Assembly (NCBI GenBank): GCA_002633005.1
Contig: NMRA01000371.1
Location: forward strand, 62,001-126,000
Direction: 5' to 3'
Length of the DNA stretch: 64,000 nt
Source of the DNA: Phoronis australis
Taxonomy: Eukaryota; Animalia; Phoronida
A program made the position numbers and the translations under genes. Below the pieces are notes generated by a model. That model was not told where the DNA came from, made no database searches, and was given only the letters and a program-made list of their open reading frames with translations. Numbering within the stretch: the first letter of the stretch is position 1; each line of letters starts with the position of its first letter. Shown here piece by piece: positions 43,944 through 56,559 of this stretch.

Positions 43944-46900
43944 AATGGTGATTGTTTTATCTTAATATTGTGATAGTCACAAAAATCTGAGTCATGGGGG
44001 TAATACAAGTTAACATTTCCTTTCTCTATGCTAATTGCTTATGCTGTGGTCAGAATGTGCCATTTTGGGTTTAATAACACGCTTTTCGTATTTTATCATG
44101 CTGGCCATTTTTAATGTGCTCATGTAGTGCTCAATATACTTTTAAGTATCATCTTTAAAAATCTCTCGAGTGGTGTTGAGACCATTTTCGATTTTTTGAA
44201 TATAGCAAATTACCTTTCATAGTTAGCATCATAGGCTGACTGCAGCTGATCAATTGATTCTGTGGGTTGACATGCTGACGTAAACTTGATTCACTCATAT
44301 TGTTTGAAGTTTGTGATTTCAGGCCTGTTGCCCCTATCTTGTTGAGTGTGACTACACTGAGAGCCCGCTTATTCTCATGTACTCAGTTCTGATGTAAATT
44401 ATGTTTTAACTGAATACTTCATTAAGTGGGCTCCTGTGTGTAGAGTCTACCAAGTAAGACAGCAAAGCAGGAAATGACTGAATTTTTGTGGAGTTCCAAT
44501 ATTAAAGGCAAATGAATTGAGGAGGAATTAGTTTGGTTTTCAGACAGGAACTTATGCTAATTAGCGTGATGGTAGAATGTTGGGAAAAGTAAACTCAAGG
44601 TATATATGCTAATCAGTGGGAGAGAATCAAATGAATGTTGATCTTATTATGGACTATCTCTGGGAATATGACAATAAATCATGACATTATGCAGGCTCTT
44701 TTACATGGGTTAATAGGAAATGATTAGTTTTCTGTCATTTCATGAAAATAACTGTTTTGCTGTATGACATAAGTATGCTCCACTATACTTCCATTTTAGG
44801 AAAATGTAACTGTGATACTTCATTGTAAATAAACTTTACTTTTTTATTTATTTTTGAAAGAACTATTATGTTTTCTGATCGTATACTATTGTTCATAACG
44901 CATTACATAGGTCATAAGAAATATACCGAGATAATTTTCATTCAACGTCAGTCTCTTCGGGTCTTTTGAGTAGATACCCCATCACTCAAAAACTATATCC
45001 AGAGTACGCAATCATTCAAAATGGTTTGTGTTGTATTGAGAAGATTTTAGCTCAGTAGCGACACTGTGTTCTTTAGTATTTGTACGTAAACTTGATCGTG
45101 TATGTGTACTCAGCAGCCTCTCCAGGAATACTGCAGTGCCCCTGTTGGTCATTACATAGTAAACTGTTACCAAGAATGAATTTGCCCATTTTGCTTAATA
45201 AGATCATGGCCTTATATACCAGATGTTACCGTAGCACAGCCTAAACACTAGGTGGAGCTAATGTGGCATGCTCCCTAGTTTATTGCGACGTGAGGATACC
45301 ATTTAGATTTTACATGAAACTGAATTTTTATCTGAATGTTATTACTTTACAATGTCTTGCACTTATTACATTTTTAACCATGTACATATATATTTAATAG
45401 TCTAAAAATTGTGAACACTTGTGAATTGTTTAATAAGAGCCAAGATGGCATAAAATTTTCATTTTTATTTCATTCTAATGAGAATAGAAAACTACAAAGT
45501 TGAAATGTACACTGCACACAGCTCTTGCAATAAATTAAAAAGTACTCTCAACTTACTAAGACACATTCATTCATCTACCAAAAGGGGGCAGCACACTTCC
45601 TGTGGCAAGATCATTTGATACAAAACATTCATCTTCCATTGTGATAGAGAGGGTGATTAAAAAATGTTACCCTCAATGCTGCATGGAATCTAATAGTATA
45701 TGACAAATATTTTGTGTCAAAAGACCATGTACTCGGGTAATCTTGTTCAAATTTTACAGCGTATTCCAGTAAAATACACCACAACAGAACAAACAAATGT
45801 GCGTCATCGAATTCGAAAATTTATGACTATTTGGTAAGAAGTGAAAAGTACAGCACTACTTGATTACTTTCTCCAAAGAACTTGTTTGACGCATTCTCGT
45901 TGGCTTACATATTGCCCAAAAGTAGCTATACAAGCAAATCTATGAAAATGGTGAAAATTGGTCATTTTTCTGCAAAAATTATGACATTCAGAGAAAAACT
46001 GGTGATGATTGTGCAATAATGACATAATTTACTTGAAACTAGACTTAATGGGCTAACAACCAAACAGCTGAGAATGATGAAAATGAAAGACAACTGGCAG
46101 ACAATAACCACTACATGCAGATTTTGGGAGAAAACCCTTTTTGTTTGCTGTGAAAACAATCGCAGAGTGTCAGTTTTCAGATTAATTTTGAATTGATAAA
46201 AAGGGTCACGAAGAACAGAAATTTCTCTGTAAATCAAAAACTTCTTGCAAAGGGTGGATTAAATACAAATTCAGATGACCAATTTGATGATTTTCCCAGA
46301 ATGCTTTGCAACAAGGAACAAGCAGCGCAGCTTGAAGTTACAAGAAACATTGTCTACATGCTAAACACAATGCTGCGCACCCTAGCTTAAATAACAACTA
46401 TTACATCAAAACACACACAAGGCCATTGTCTACATTTGAATACCTCAATAACAGCATTATCATCTCCATATTCTCCACAACTAAAATCCCAAATGTGTCA
46501 GGAAGTGTCAACGCCAAGAAAAACGCTGGAAAAGCACCGCAGCTGTCATACACATTTTCCTGTCTTGCTATCCAATGTACTTTAACACTAATGTACAGCC
46601 CAATTTAAGCTGTAAGGACATAGCTTGTCAACAGTCACAAAGGCATACAATCGTTTTAAGTCCCCCATATGGCTCTCCATACTAGCAGCCCTCTTCATTC
46701 ATGGTGAGATCATCAGAGATATAACAAAGTAACAGTACACCTAAATGCTAGTCTTCTAATTATGAAAGTCGAGAAGCCCAGACAAGGGGCCAGCTAAGTA
46801 CTAACTTTAGATACTAAAGAGACCAGGAGGCGATACAAAAACGAGCAAAAATAAATACAAAAAAATCATCAAGTTAATTCAATATCAACTTTTGTACACC

Positions 46901-49361
46901 GTATCCATTAAAATACAACATTTGGCAATTATTTACAAAACATGCATACAAAATACTGATGGTCAAAACAGCCTGATAAAAACAGGAGCGGTTGGTCATA
47001 GTTGCACTAGGACAAACCATTTATGTGAGCAGTTAGCAACTCGCGTTCTTATTTTTGCTTGACACAACAGATCATTCAAACATAATGTACCATTGACCCA
47101 TGGAGAAAACAGGAAGTTATCTGCGCAATGAATTATGGAAGATATTGTAGTTATAGCAGCAAATAGATGCATATTATTCAACAAAATATTTAGCTGCAGT
47201 AAACTTCAGCTCATTCAAGTTTACAGTAAGTTAGCTCAAAATCTAAAGTGAAACCAGAAATCAAGGAAATGTTTAGCACTACATTGTTTAGAAGCTCCAC
47301 AAATATCATTCATTTTCGTTGATCTAAAAAAGGCCAGTTGAAACAGAAACAATATCTTTTCGATTTTTAACAACAACTCGTCCAGATTAACATCCAGGGT
47401 AATTAAATCAGAGGGTGGGCACAAAACTGAACACCAGCATTTAAAAAACGAAATGTTAACAAAGTCCAGGACTGGAGATAACCACATTAAATGTCAACAT
47501 TTTGCACACAAGTATAAAAACAAGAATGCACAAGAATAAAAAGTCATTTCACGTATTCTTCAGTAAAAAGTGGGTATGTTCCAGCTCAAATACGGCAAGG
47601 TGCTACTGGTACAGACAGCTTGTTATTCAAAGGTGAGTCACATGTTATTCAAGAGCTAAACTGCTCCGAGATGAGCATTAATAAAACAATGGCACGTTTT
47701 AAGGAAGTCTTGATTGTATAAATTTTGGGTGAGCGCCAACCTAAGCATAGGCATTTAAAAACGAAAATTTGAAAATTTCAGGGGTGGGTGTTGCACTGTA
47801 TGAGTATGGTAGTTTCGGTAAAAATGTCTTAGCTGTGGTCAATCCTAGATAGTATCAATGTGAGATCAGGTCAGGACAGAAATGAAATAACTGTCACAAA
47901 CGAGGCTATCTTAAAACCTGGAAATGTGTCAGTAGTTCAGGCAATTTGAAACTGACTTAACAATGGCATAAACATCATTAGAACAAAAATGTTCATAAAA
48001 GGTAATTCAACGTATTATTCACTTAAAAACTCATAAAAATGCACTCTATTCTCGAATTACCTCACTCTCCAAGTAAAAGGCACACATAAAGCCATTCAAA
48101 TAACCCAACAAGTTGAATACAAAGACAGTTTAATAAAAAAGAGCAAAGTTCAATACATCAGAGGTCCTGTGATTAAAGGATTTTTGTGGAGAAGGTCTTT
48201 AGAAATACAGGAGCACTCAACCAAAGAATCTTCACACTAACAGCCAAGAAACATCAGAGAAAAATGAGGCAACTAAGCTTGTATCACATAAATAAAGCAG
48301 AACTCATTACACAAAAGTACTCCCTCTCCTAACAGGGGAGAGTGCACGAGTTAACACTGTGAACAAAGCATGTGTTCTGCATACATGTTGCCATGAGCAA
48401 CAAGCAGGTGTAGTGTGTGACATTTGTAATCACACAAAGAGTGTTACTAGTAAACATTTCCCGATTTGTTTGCAAAATGCCTTGGTCCAACTTATTTTAA
48501 AACATTCATAAAATCAGTAGAGCGAATTAGTTCTTTCGGTAAACTTTTAAAACAATTCAAAGTGAAAATTATTGAAAAACCACAGGTGACCTTGCAAAAT
48601 ATCATTAATAACAATTCATTTATAACCGCTCATGAAATAGAGAATTTTAATGTCTCAAAATTTTAGCGCCACTGCTGATAGCAAAACCTCTTTCAGAGTA
48701 CCATGCCCAATTTTTTCTGTACTGCGTGATACATTTTGAGCATAGTGTGTAACAATGAGCACTATACGTCACTTTCCCAAGCTATGAGCCACATCTAATA
48801 CAGCGCCACAAAGATGACAGAGCACCACATTTTGTGGGTCACATTAAGTGTGTTGCATCCAGTTTACCATACTGTGTACCTTTTGTCACATTCAGTGTGG
48901 TGTCTGTGAAATGCAGTAAACTGTGTTGCCACATTCAGCTTCGTACATAACACATTTGGTATACACAGTGACATGTAAAATGAACATTGTACAATCAATA
49001 TTGAGTCTACTATTGGCGATTTCTGATAGTAAGCCCTAAGGTGTATTTTCAGAAAATGGCACAATTTCTATTTTCCTGGTACCCCAAAAGGAAGCCTCAT
49101 GGAACACGTGTTGAGTGCTTTGCCTGGTTGCAAATGTGTTCTTAAAATGATACAGTGATTTCTAAAACAAGTGACAAGCCCGCTATTCGACTGTTAATGT
49201 GAAGACAGGCACCACCTAACATAATTCACTTTGGAAAATCCTACAACAAACCTCAAAGTAGACCCATAGGCCTTTTTCAGTAAATTTTCCAATCTTGGTT
49301 GATGAACATGCATTTAGGGATGTCTGTTTAAGGAAATTACCAGTAAGTGACGTGTTTAGTA

Positions 49362-49563
49362 TACTGTGAGCTACATTCAGTGTACTGTACACCACACTTA
49401 CTGTACAGTGTGCTACATTCAGTGTAATGTACACCACACTTACTGTACTGTGTGCTACATTCAGTGCACTGTACACCACACTTACTGTACTGTGTGCTAC
49501 ATTCAGTGTACTGTACACCACACTTACTGTACTGTGTGCTACATTCAGTGCACTGTACACCAC
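49362..49563. repeat. 42-bp minisatellite (~4.8 units, truncated at the gap)
   Basis: Unit tactgtg(a/t)gctacattcagtg(t/c)a(a/c)tgtacaccacacttactg. Confidence 0.95.
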
Positions 49564-50934
49564 NCATAAAAGGTAATTCAACGTATTATTCACTTAAAAA
49601 CTCATAAAAATGCACTCTATTCTCGAATTACCTCACTCTCCAAGTAAAAGGCACACATAAAGCCATTCAAATAACCCAACAAGTTGAATACAAAGACAGT
49701 TTAATAAAAAAGAGCAAAGTTCAATACATCAGAGGTCCTGTGATTAAAGGATTTTTGTGGAGAAGGTCTTTAGAAATACAGGAGCACTCAACCAAAGAAT
49801 CTTCACACTAACAGCCAAGAAACATCAGAGAAAAATGAGGCAACTAAGCTTGTATCACATAAATAAAGGAGAACTCATTACACAAAAGTACTCCCTCTCC
49901 TAACAGGGGAGAGTGCACGAGTTAACACTGTGAACAAAGCATGTGTTCTGCATACATGTTGCCATGAGCAACAAGCAGGTGTAGTGTGTGACATTTGTAA
50001 TCACACAAAGAGTGTTACTAGTAAACATTTCCTGATTTGTTTGCAAAATGCCTTGGTCCAACTTATTTTAAAATATTCATAAAATCAGTAGAGCGCATTA
50101 GTTCTTTCGGTAAACTTTTAAAACAATTCAAAGTGAAAATTCTTGAAAACCACAGGTGACCTTGCAAAAGATCATTAATAACAATTCATTTATAACCGCT
50201 CATGAAATAGAGAATTTTAATGTCTCAAAATTTTAGCGCCACTGCTGATAGCAAAACCTCTTTCAGAGTACCATGCCCAATTTTTTCTATACTGCGTGAT
50301 ACATTTTGAGCATAGTGTGTAACAATGAGCACTATACGTCACTTTCCCAAGCTATGAGCCACATCTAATACAGCGCCACAAACAGATGACAGAGCACCAC
50401 ATTTTGTGGGTCACATTAAGTGTGTTGCATCCAGTTTAGCATACTGTGTACCTTTTGTCAAATTCAGTGTGGTGTCTATGAAATACAGTAAACTGTGTTG
50501 CGACATTCAGCTTCGTACATAACACATTTGGTATACACAATGTCACGTAAAATGAACATTGTACAATCAATACTGAGTCTACTATTGGTGATTTCTGATA
50601 GTAAGCCCTAAGGTGTATTTTCAGAAAATGGCACAATTTCTGTTTTCCTGGTACCCCAAAAGGAAGCCTCATGGAACACGTGTTGAGTGCTTTGCCTGGT
50701 TGCAAATGTGTTCTTAAAAAAATACTTTGATTTCTAAAACAAGTGACAGGCCCGCTATTCGACTGTTAATGTGAAGACAGGCACCACCTAACATTATTCA
50801 CTTTGGAAAATCCTACAACAAACCTAAAAGTAGACCCATAGGCCTACGTTCAGTATATTTTCCAATCTTGGTTGATGGACATACATTTAGGGATGTCTGT
50901 TTAAGGAAATTACCAGTAAGTGACGTGTTTAGTA

Positions 50935-51304
50935 TACTGTGAGCTACATTCAGTGTACTGTACACCACACTTACTGTACTGTGAGCTACATTCAGTGTAC
51001 TGTACACCACACTTACTGTACTGTGTGCTACATTCAGTGTAATGTACACCACACTTACTGTACTGTGAGCTACATTCAGTGTACTGTACACCACACTTAC
51101 TGTACTGTGTGCTACATTCAGTGTAATGTACACCACACTTACTGTACTGTGTGCTACATTCAGTGTAATGTACACCACACTTACTGTACTGTGTGCTACA
51201 TTCAGTGTAATGTACACCACCCTTACTGTACCGTGAGGTACATTCAGTGTAATGTACACCACACTTACTGTACTGTGAGCTACATTCAGTGTACTGTACA
51301 CCAC
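50935..51304. repeat. 42-bp minisatellite (~8.8 units)
   Basis: Same unit as 49362-49563. Confidence 0.95.
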
Positions 51305-51722
51305 GTTTAATATACTGTATGTCAAAGTTGGTTACTTGCTTGCTCTTCACAACAAAATAAACACAAAGTTTAACAGAAATGAAGAACACAAGCTGGTCTA
51401 CAGGCTCAGATATATATTTATTGTTGTTCAGTTCTCTGTCCTATTAATGCACTGCCCTGCTGTAAGGTAAAAACTCTAGCTCACTACTTTCAGTCAAATG
51501 AATAAAATACTTTCTTTGTTAGGCAGACAGAAAATTACAAATAATTATCTCAAAACTAAATTCTGCACTTAAAAATGCTGTTAACATGCTCCTGAAATGT
51601 GCTATTTTCTGTTCACGTGACAACGGAACAACAGTTGAATCTAACAGCACCCGAACACCATCCTAATATGTTTGCATTGTTACACCACTGCAGGAGTTCC
51701 ACCTACATCTCAATACAGTACA

Positions 51723-52094
51723 ACTGGGAATTTCTGAAAACAGGCCCACCCAAAATTATGCCCACGGACATATTTTTGGTAACCGTGTGCATGTTTGAGA
51801 ATATGATAGATTGTTCTAAAATACATAAGTATGTTTTGATGTAAAATTTTGTTTATTACGACAAGACATACTTTGGGATCGCTATTTTATTCCATTGGCT
51901 ATCATTTAACAAGTTAAAGGGAGACTTTGTTGGTAAATAGCACACTATGAGGTACAGTTTTAATGATAATTTCCTAAAATATGTTACCCCAATCTGAAAA
52001 TACATCTGGGCATGCATTTGGTTTCATTGACATTTTTGAAAGATTGCTTGTCAAATATATCTACTCAATGGGCCTATTTTCAGAAATTTCCAGT
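51723..52094. mobile_element. MITE in the 3' UTR of the minus-strand gene
   Basis: TIRs actgggaatttctgaaaacaggccca / tgggcctattttcagaaatttccagt. Confidence 0.7.
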
Positions 52095-52206
52095 GGGCAG
52101 CCCATATCACATGACCAGCAAGTCACGTGATGGTGCCAAAAATCTTTGTGTACGTGTCCATCTGTCTGTAGTAGGTTGAGCTTTTAGTTACTAAGAAAAG
52201 CCATCA

Positions 52207-53297
52207 TCATTTCCGTTTCTGTTTCCTGAATCTGTGACGGCGGTAAACAGCTGGTTCCCACTGGGACAGCGTGGAACGAGGTAGATTTTTGATTGACATT
52301 ATTCTTTGATGAAGGCTTGGAAGACGCTCTTCAGACACCCACATGTCTTCAAGACTGAAAATGGATTATCATAAATTGAGACCATCTGCCAAAGGTGGGA
52401 TTGAATTACATCAGAGTTCATGTTTAATTATATAAAACACATTAACATACCAAAAGGGACAACTCAATAAGCTGAGAAAATAACATAATACTGTCCCTTG
52501 ATGTAGACATGCAAGTCATGCCAACACCAAAAGTTTAACCGTTAATGTTAACGATGTCATGTACTTGACACCACCAAGTAATTGACTTACTGGATTATTC
52601 CTGATGATGATTAGGCAGCTGCACTAAACATTGATAATGAATATTTTTCTCTCATTTGATTATTTGTCCTCAAAATGTGACTTGAGAATAGTATATTCGT
52701 CACATAGGTTAACTCAAGAAGCAAAAAGTGCAGTGAAACTTAAAAAATGCAACTGCTGAATAAAATGTATATAAAACAATTAGTCACACGAACCTTAAGA
52801 CCGACATGTACTTTATCCCAAATACCCACTTGGGTTTTAAAGGTTGACATGGTCAGTAAGTTACCTTAGATTCCTGAGTAATTTCCAAATAACATTTCTT
52901 TGAACACAAGAGCAACATAGAGCTGCCTCAGCAAGAAAGATCCCCACATCCCAGGTAAATCACCAGCAATTCAGAACAAGTACCACTCATGACTTCAAGC
53001 TCATGGGCTTATTTACCAATGTCTGATACCAGCCCACTCATATGCAAGCCCACACCTACTCCCATTTGTTCGTAGTCCCCCAATTACAAATCCATGGGCT
53101 GCACAAATACAGAATGTCTTATGTGCGTTCCAAACCATGTTAAAGTCCAAATGAGAACAGTGGATCACCTTTTCAGCCAATGACTTGCACTGTTCTCCAG
53201 CTCATATTTTAAAGAATTAATCAACTCACACATTAGGCGGTGTCCACCTGATGAGCATTTTACTCTTGCCTGATTGGTCAATTCGCTTGGCTATCAC
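52207..53297 (-). CDS. Last two coding exons of a gene with a C-terminal chromo-like module and basic tail; upstream exons mostly lie beyond the right edge
   Basis: Exons 53297-53230 (tttcacag|...|gtgagt) and 52354-52207 (ttttcag|...TGA TGA) join in phase: VIAKRIDQSGKSKMLIRWTPPNVLEDMWVSEERLPSLHQRIMSIKNLPRSTLSQWEPAVYRRHRFRKQKRK*. Confidence 0.75.
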
Positions 53298-54120
53298 CTG
53301 TGAAAAACAAAAGTAGTTTGTGTGAGTTAACTCATACTGGATAATTTTTCACCCATTTTGCACAAAAAATAATTACCAGTATCACGTTTTTCATTTTTTT
53401 CAAACACATACTGCATTAATACAAATAACGAAACATTTCCAAGACTTGTTTTATGACATCTATATAATACAAACTATGTTACTAAAGAAATACATAGAAA
53501 TTTCTTAACCAGGGCCCGATGCTGAAACATAATGTCACAAATGCAACCTGGCAAAATTCCGAGGTAACCAAATGAGAATTGAAGTCCAGGCCGGAAACTG
53601 AAAAAAACCTGAATGCCTAAAGTGATAAGCTAGGGAACAAGGCAAATGCCTACCCAAGATCAGCGGGTTGACTTTTTTTCACTCAAATGGAAAATTAGGA
53701 GCATTGATTATGGCCAAGTTAAAAATTCACCCCTTTTGGGTCCAATATCCCATGTATAGACCCACCTCTTGGGGCGCATGGATGATTCAAACCGTCTCTT
53801 TACTATTTGTAGGATTTTGAGTGTGTGCTCGATTGTGCCATCACAATTGTGCAAGCTGGTATTTTTATCAGGTCACCAAACAAAACCTGAGGTTGATCAA
53901 CCAGCAGGTCGCTGAATAGAGTGCAATTAAAGATCATTTTTGTTGAGAAATGGGACAAAAATGAGAATTCATGTGTTGACCATACTGAATGCTAACTAGT
54001 TCAAGAATTATCAGATCAGTCTCTCTTGGTGAGAAAATCATGTGAAAACTCCAGACTACTCTACAAAGAACACATTTTAATCAGCACATAAAAGTAATGA
54101 AATCCAATCTAATGTGCTCT

Positions 54121-54366
54121 ATACGGCAAAAAATTTTCAATTTGGGACAAAAATAATAGCTGAAATTGCCCTACTACTATTTTCAGACGCTTACTACATA
54201 GTTGTATAAGTTCAAAATTTTACCAAATGTTGTTTAAGATAACTACACCACATAGACCATGCAAAAAGTAAAGTAAAATTTCTTGAAACTTTTTGTCGAG
54301 AAATTTGAAAAAATTAAATTTCACCTCTTCACAATATTGCGTCCCAAACTGAAGAATTTTAGCATA
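54121..54366. mobile_element. Degenerate MITE
   Basis: Inverted ends aaaattttcaatttgggacaaaaata / tattgcgtcccaaactgaagaatttt. Confidence 0.5.
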
Positions 54367-54476
54367 ACTTTTTATATTTTCTTGCTAAAGCAGAGTTCAG
54401 TGGACGATATACTATTAAGCCAAGAAATTGTGTAGACATAAATCCCAGGGAAACCATGTCGCCATATATTTTTCAC

Positions 54477-54545
54477 CTAAATTATAAGTGCAAGAAAAAA
54501 CAAGTATTATCATAATACTTGTCTTTTCTTGCACTTATAATTTAG
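54477..54545. repeat. 69-bp near-perfect palindrome
   Basis: 34-bp arms, 1-nt spacer, one mismatch: ctaaattataagtgcaagaaaaaacaagtattat c ataatacttgtcttttcttgcacttataatttag. Confidence 0.95.
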
Positions 54546-54929
54546 AATGGAATATTGCAGTGATGTGACATTCATCTAGAAGTGAAAGCAAATCTATTTT
54601 GACCTGTCTCTAAAATTGTTACGGACAGCCTCTGGGAATCTAGAAATCCACCTGCTCAGACTAGTTACAATGTGGAACATGGAACACCTGACTACCAACA
54701 ATCCTACATATATATGTATCTAGCTTTGCGTGGAGTGAGTGTGAAAAGGCACCATCAAAGAACAAGTTATGAAAAGCATGAATGTCTTAGCAATTCAAGA
54801 GTCATCCGAAAGACGGTAAAATTAACCATGTCCTAAATTCTGGACTCAATGTGGTACGATACAAGCTATACAATTGTTTAAGTACGCCTTTTATACTCTG
54901 TAACACTGTAAGGAAATTATGAGCAGGTA

Positions 54930-55615
54930 CAGAATTTTAAATAATGGCGTCACTTATTTGCAAAAATTATGCAAATTTATCATGCAGCAACCTGGAAATG
55001 TATTTCATTAAACTATCTGATCACAAAAACATGAGTACAAATTTAAACTAACAGGTCAAAGAAATATGGGTGTGAATATCAATATAATTTACTTGTAGTA
55101 CCTGATACTGAGCCATAAGCATAAGTAGAATTTTCAATAATGGATGCTGCAATTTGCATAATTTATGCAAATTTTCAATGTATCCCCTGTCAAAGTAGCT
55201 CCATTACATTCACTGTCATGGATGTAAATATCAATATGATTTATCTGTAGTGCCCGATACAGCAACTATACACAAGTAGAATTTTCAACAATGGCTGCCT
55301 CAATTTGCATAATTTATGCAAAATTATGGATGTATCCACCTCCAAAGTAGCTCTCTTATATAGACTGACCATAGAAACATGGGTGAAAATATCAAACTAA
55401 TCTACCTGCAATGTGTGGTATGGAAGTTATAAGCAAATAGCAAAAACAGAATTTTGCATAATGTAAGACTGAATTTGCATATTTAAAAAATACTCAAGGT
55501 TGTCAAAATTACAACACAGCTAAAATGCTTCAGGAAGGGAAGCTAGACATGAAACAACTGAAAAATCTTACACTACCAAGAATTTCTAGGCAGCCATTTC
55601 TTCTACAAGACTAAG
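54930..55615. mobile_element. Transposon remnant with ~150-bp internal repeats carrying ATTTGCATAATTTATGCAAA; ends ...AAGACTA
   Basis: Three diverged units (gaattt..aa(t/c)aatgg..atttgca..a.ttatgcaaa) at ~54930, ~55130 and ~55280. Confidence 0.5.
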
Positions 55616-56559
55616 TCACAATTAAGAAACGTTGCTAAATTTGGGCATGTGTGACTTGGTACCGCATTAAAAACCAAAAAGTTGTGATAACGGATAAAGC
55701 ACCCTTCCAGGAACAGAAGAAATGAACAACGCGAAGATCTGAGATCGCTATCGATTGCTTCACTCATGGTAAAACATCACAAATCAGCGATGATTCTAAC
55801 AAATAAAAGATCAACTTACCACATGCTATGCAGAAAAAAAATTTATCAGCAGTAAGCCCGCAGTATTATTTTCATAAAAAAGTCTTGCACTCACAGTGAC
55901 TTTTTGTCTAGATGAATCCCATTAAGTTCAAAATCCACTGTCTCTGTACGAGCGCACTACAGTTATGTTCTTTACTGCTGGAGCATCAAGACGCAGACCA
56001 AAATTAACATTAAATTCAGAATAAAAACACTACATGGGAGAGAAAATTTGTTCATTTAAAATCTTCAAAAAGCTGCGTCACCTGGGCGACCGGCCAATGA
56101 ACTCGCTCAGCACCGTTTTTAGTCGCATTGGTAACTAGGCAAGCGGCTTTTTAATTAAGCGCACATTGCCCAGCTGAATGCCCACCTCCTAAGTAGTAAA
56201 ATTTTTTATTAAGCAGCCACTGCTTGGCTTAGGCCCCACCTCCTTCATTGAATTTATTTTTGTTTAAGCACCAATGCAGGGGTTAGTACTCACCGGTGCT
56301 TTGTTTCATCGATTATTATCATAGTTAGGTGCCTTCGAATAAGGATACTGTATCTGTTTTTGAGATGCGCTATACAATTAGTGACTTTCAACAAGGTCAG
56401 TATGTTGGTTTTCAGACTCCAAACAAGAAATGCGGAGTGTTGAAATGTGCCCAAGACTGCACCGCAAATGGTGTTGCTTCTAGGGGTGTTTATAAAAAAA
56501 GCCGTTAGATGACACAGAATATCTTGAACCCATCCAAAAATGGGAAGATGCCGTCTCTC

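Larger units (their letters stand above)
47994..51304. repeat. ~1.57-kb direct duplication joined at an N (probable haplotype/assembly artefact)
   Basis: 47994-49563 repeats from 49565, with an N at 49564. The copies differ by scattered SNPs and small indels. Confidence 0.9.

Noticed and set aside
45135-45260. CTCF-like sites between the convergent genes
   Set aside because: Both deviate from the core consensus (a missing base, or two mismatches); too weak to call.
49216-51389. Cys/His/Tyr-rich repetitive ORFs on both strands (metallothionein-like look)
   Set aside because: They are translations of a 42-bp minisatellite (multiple of 3, few stops), with no splice or start context.
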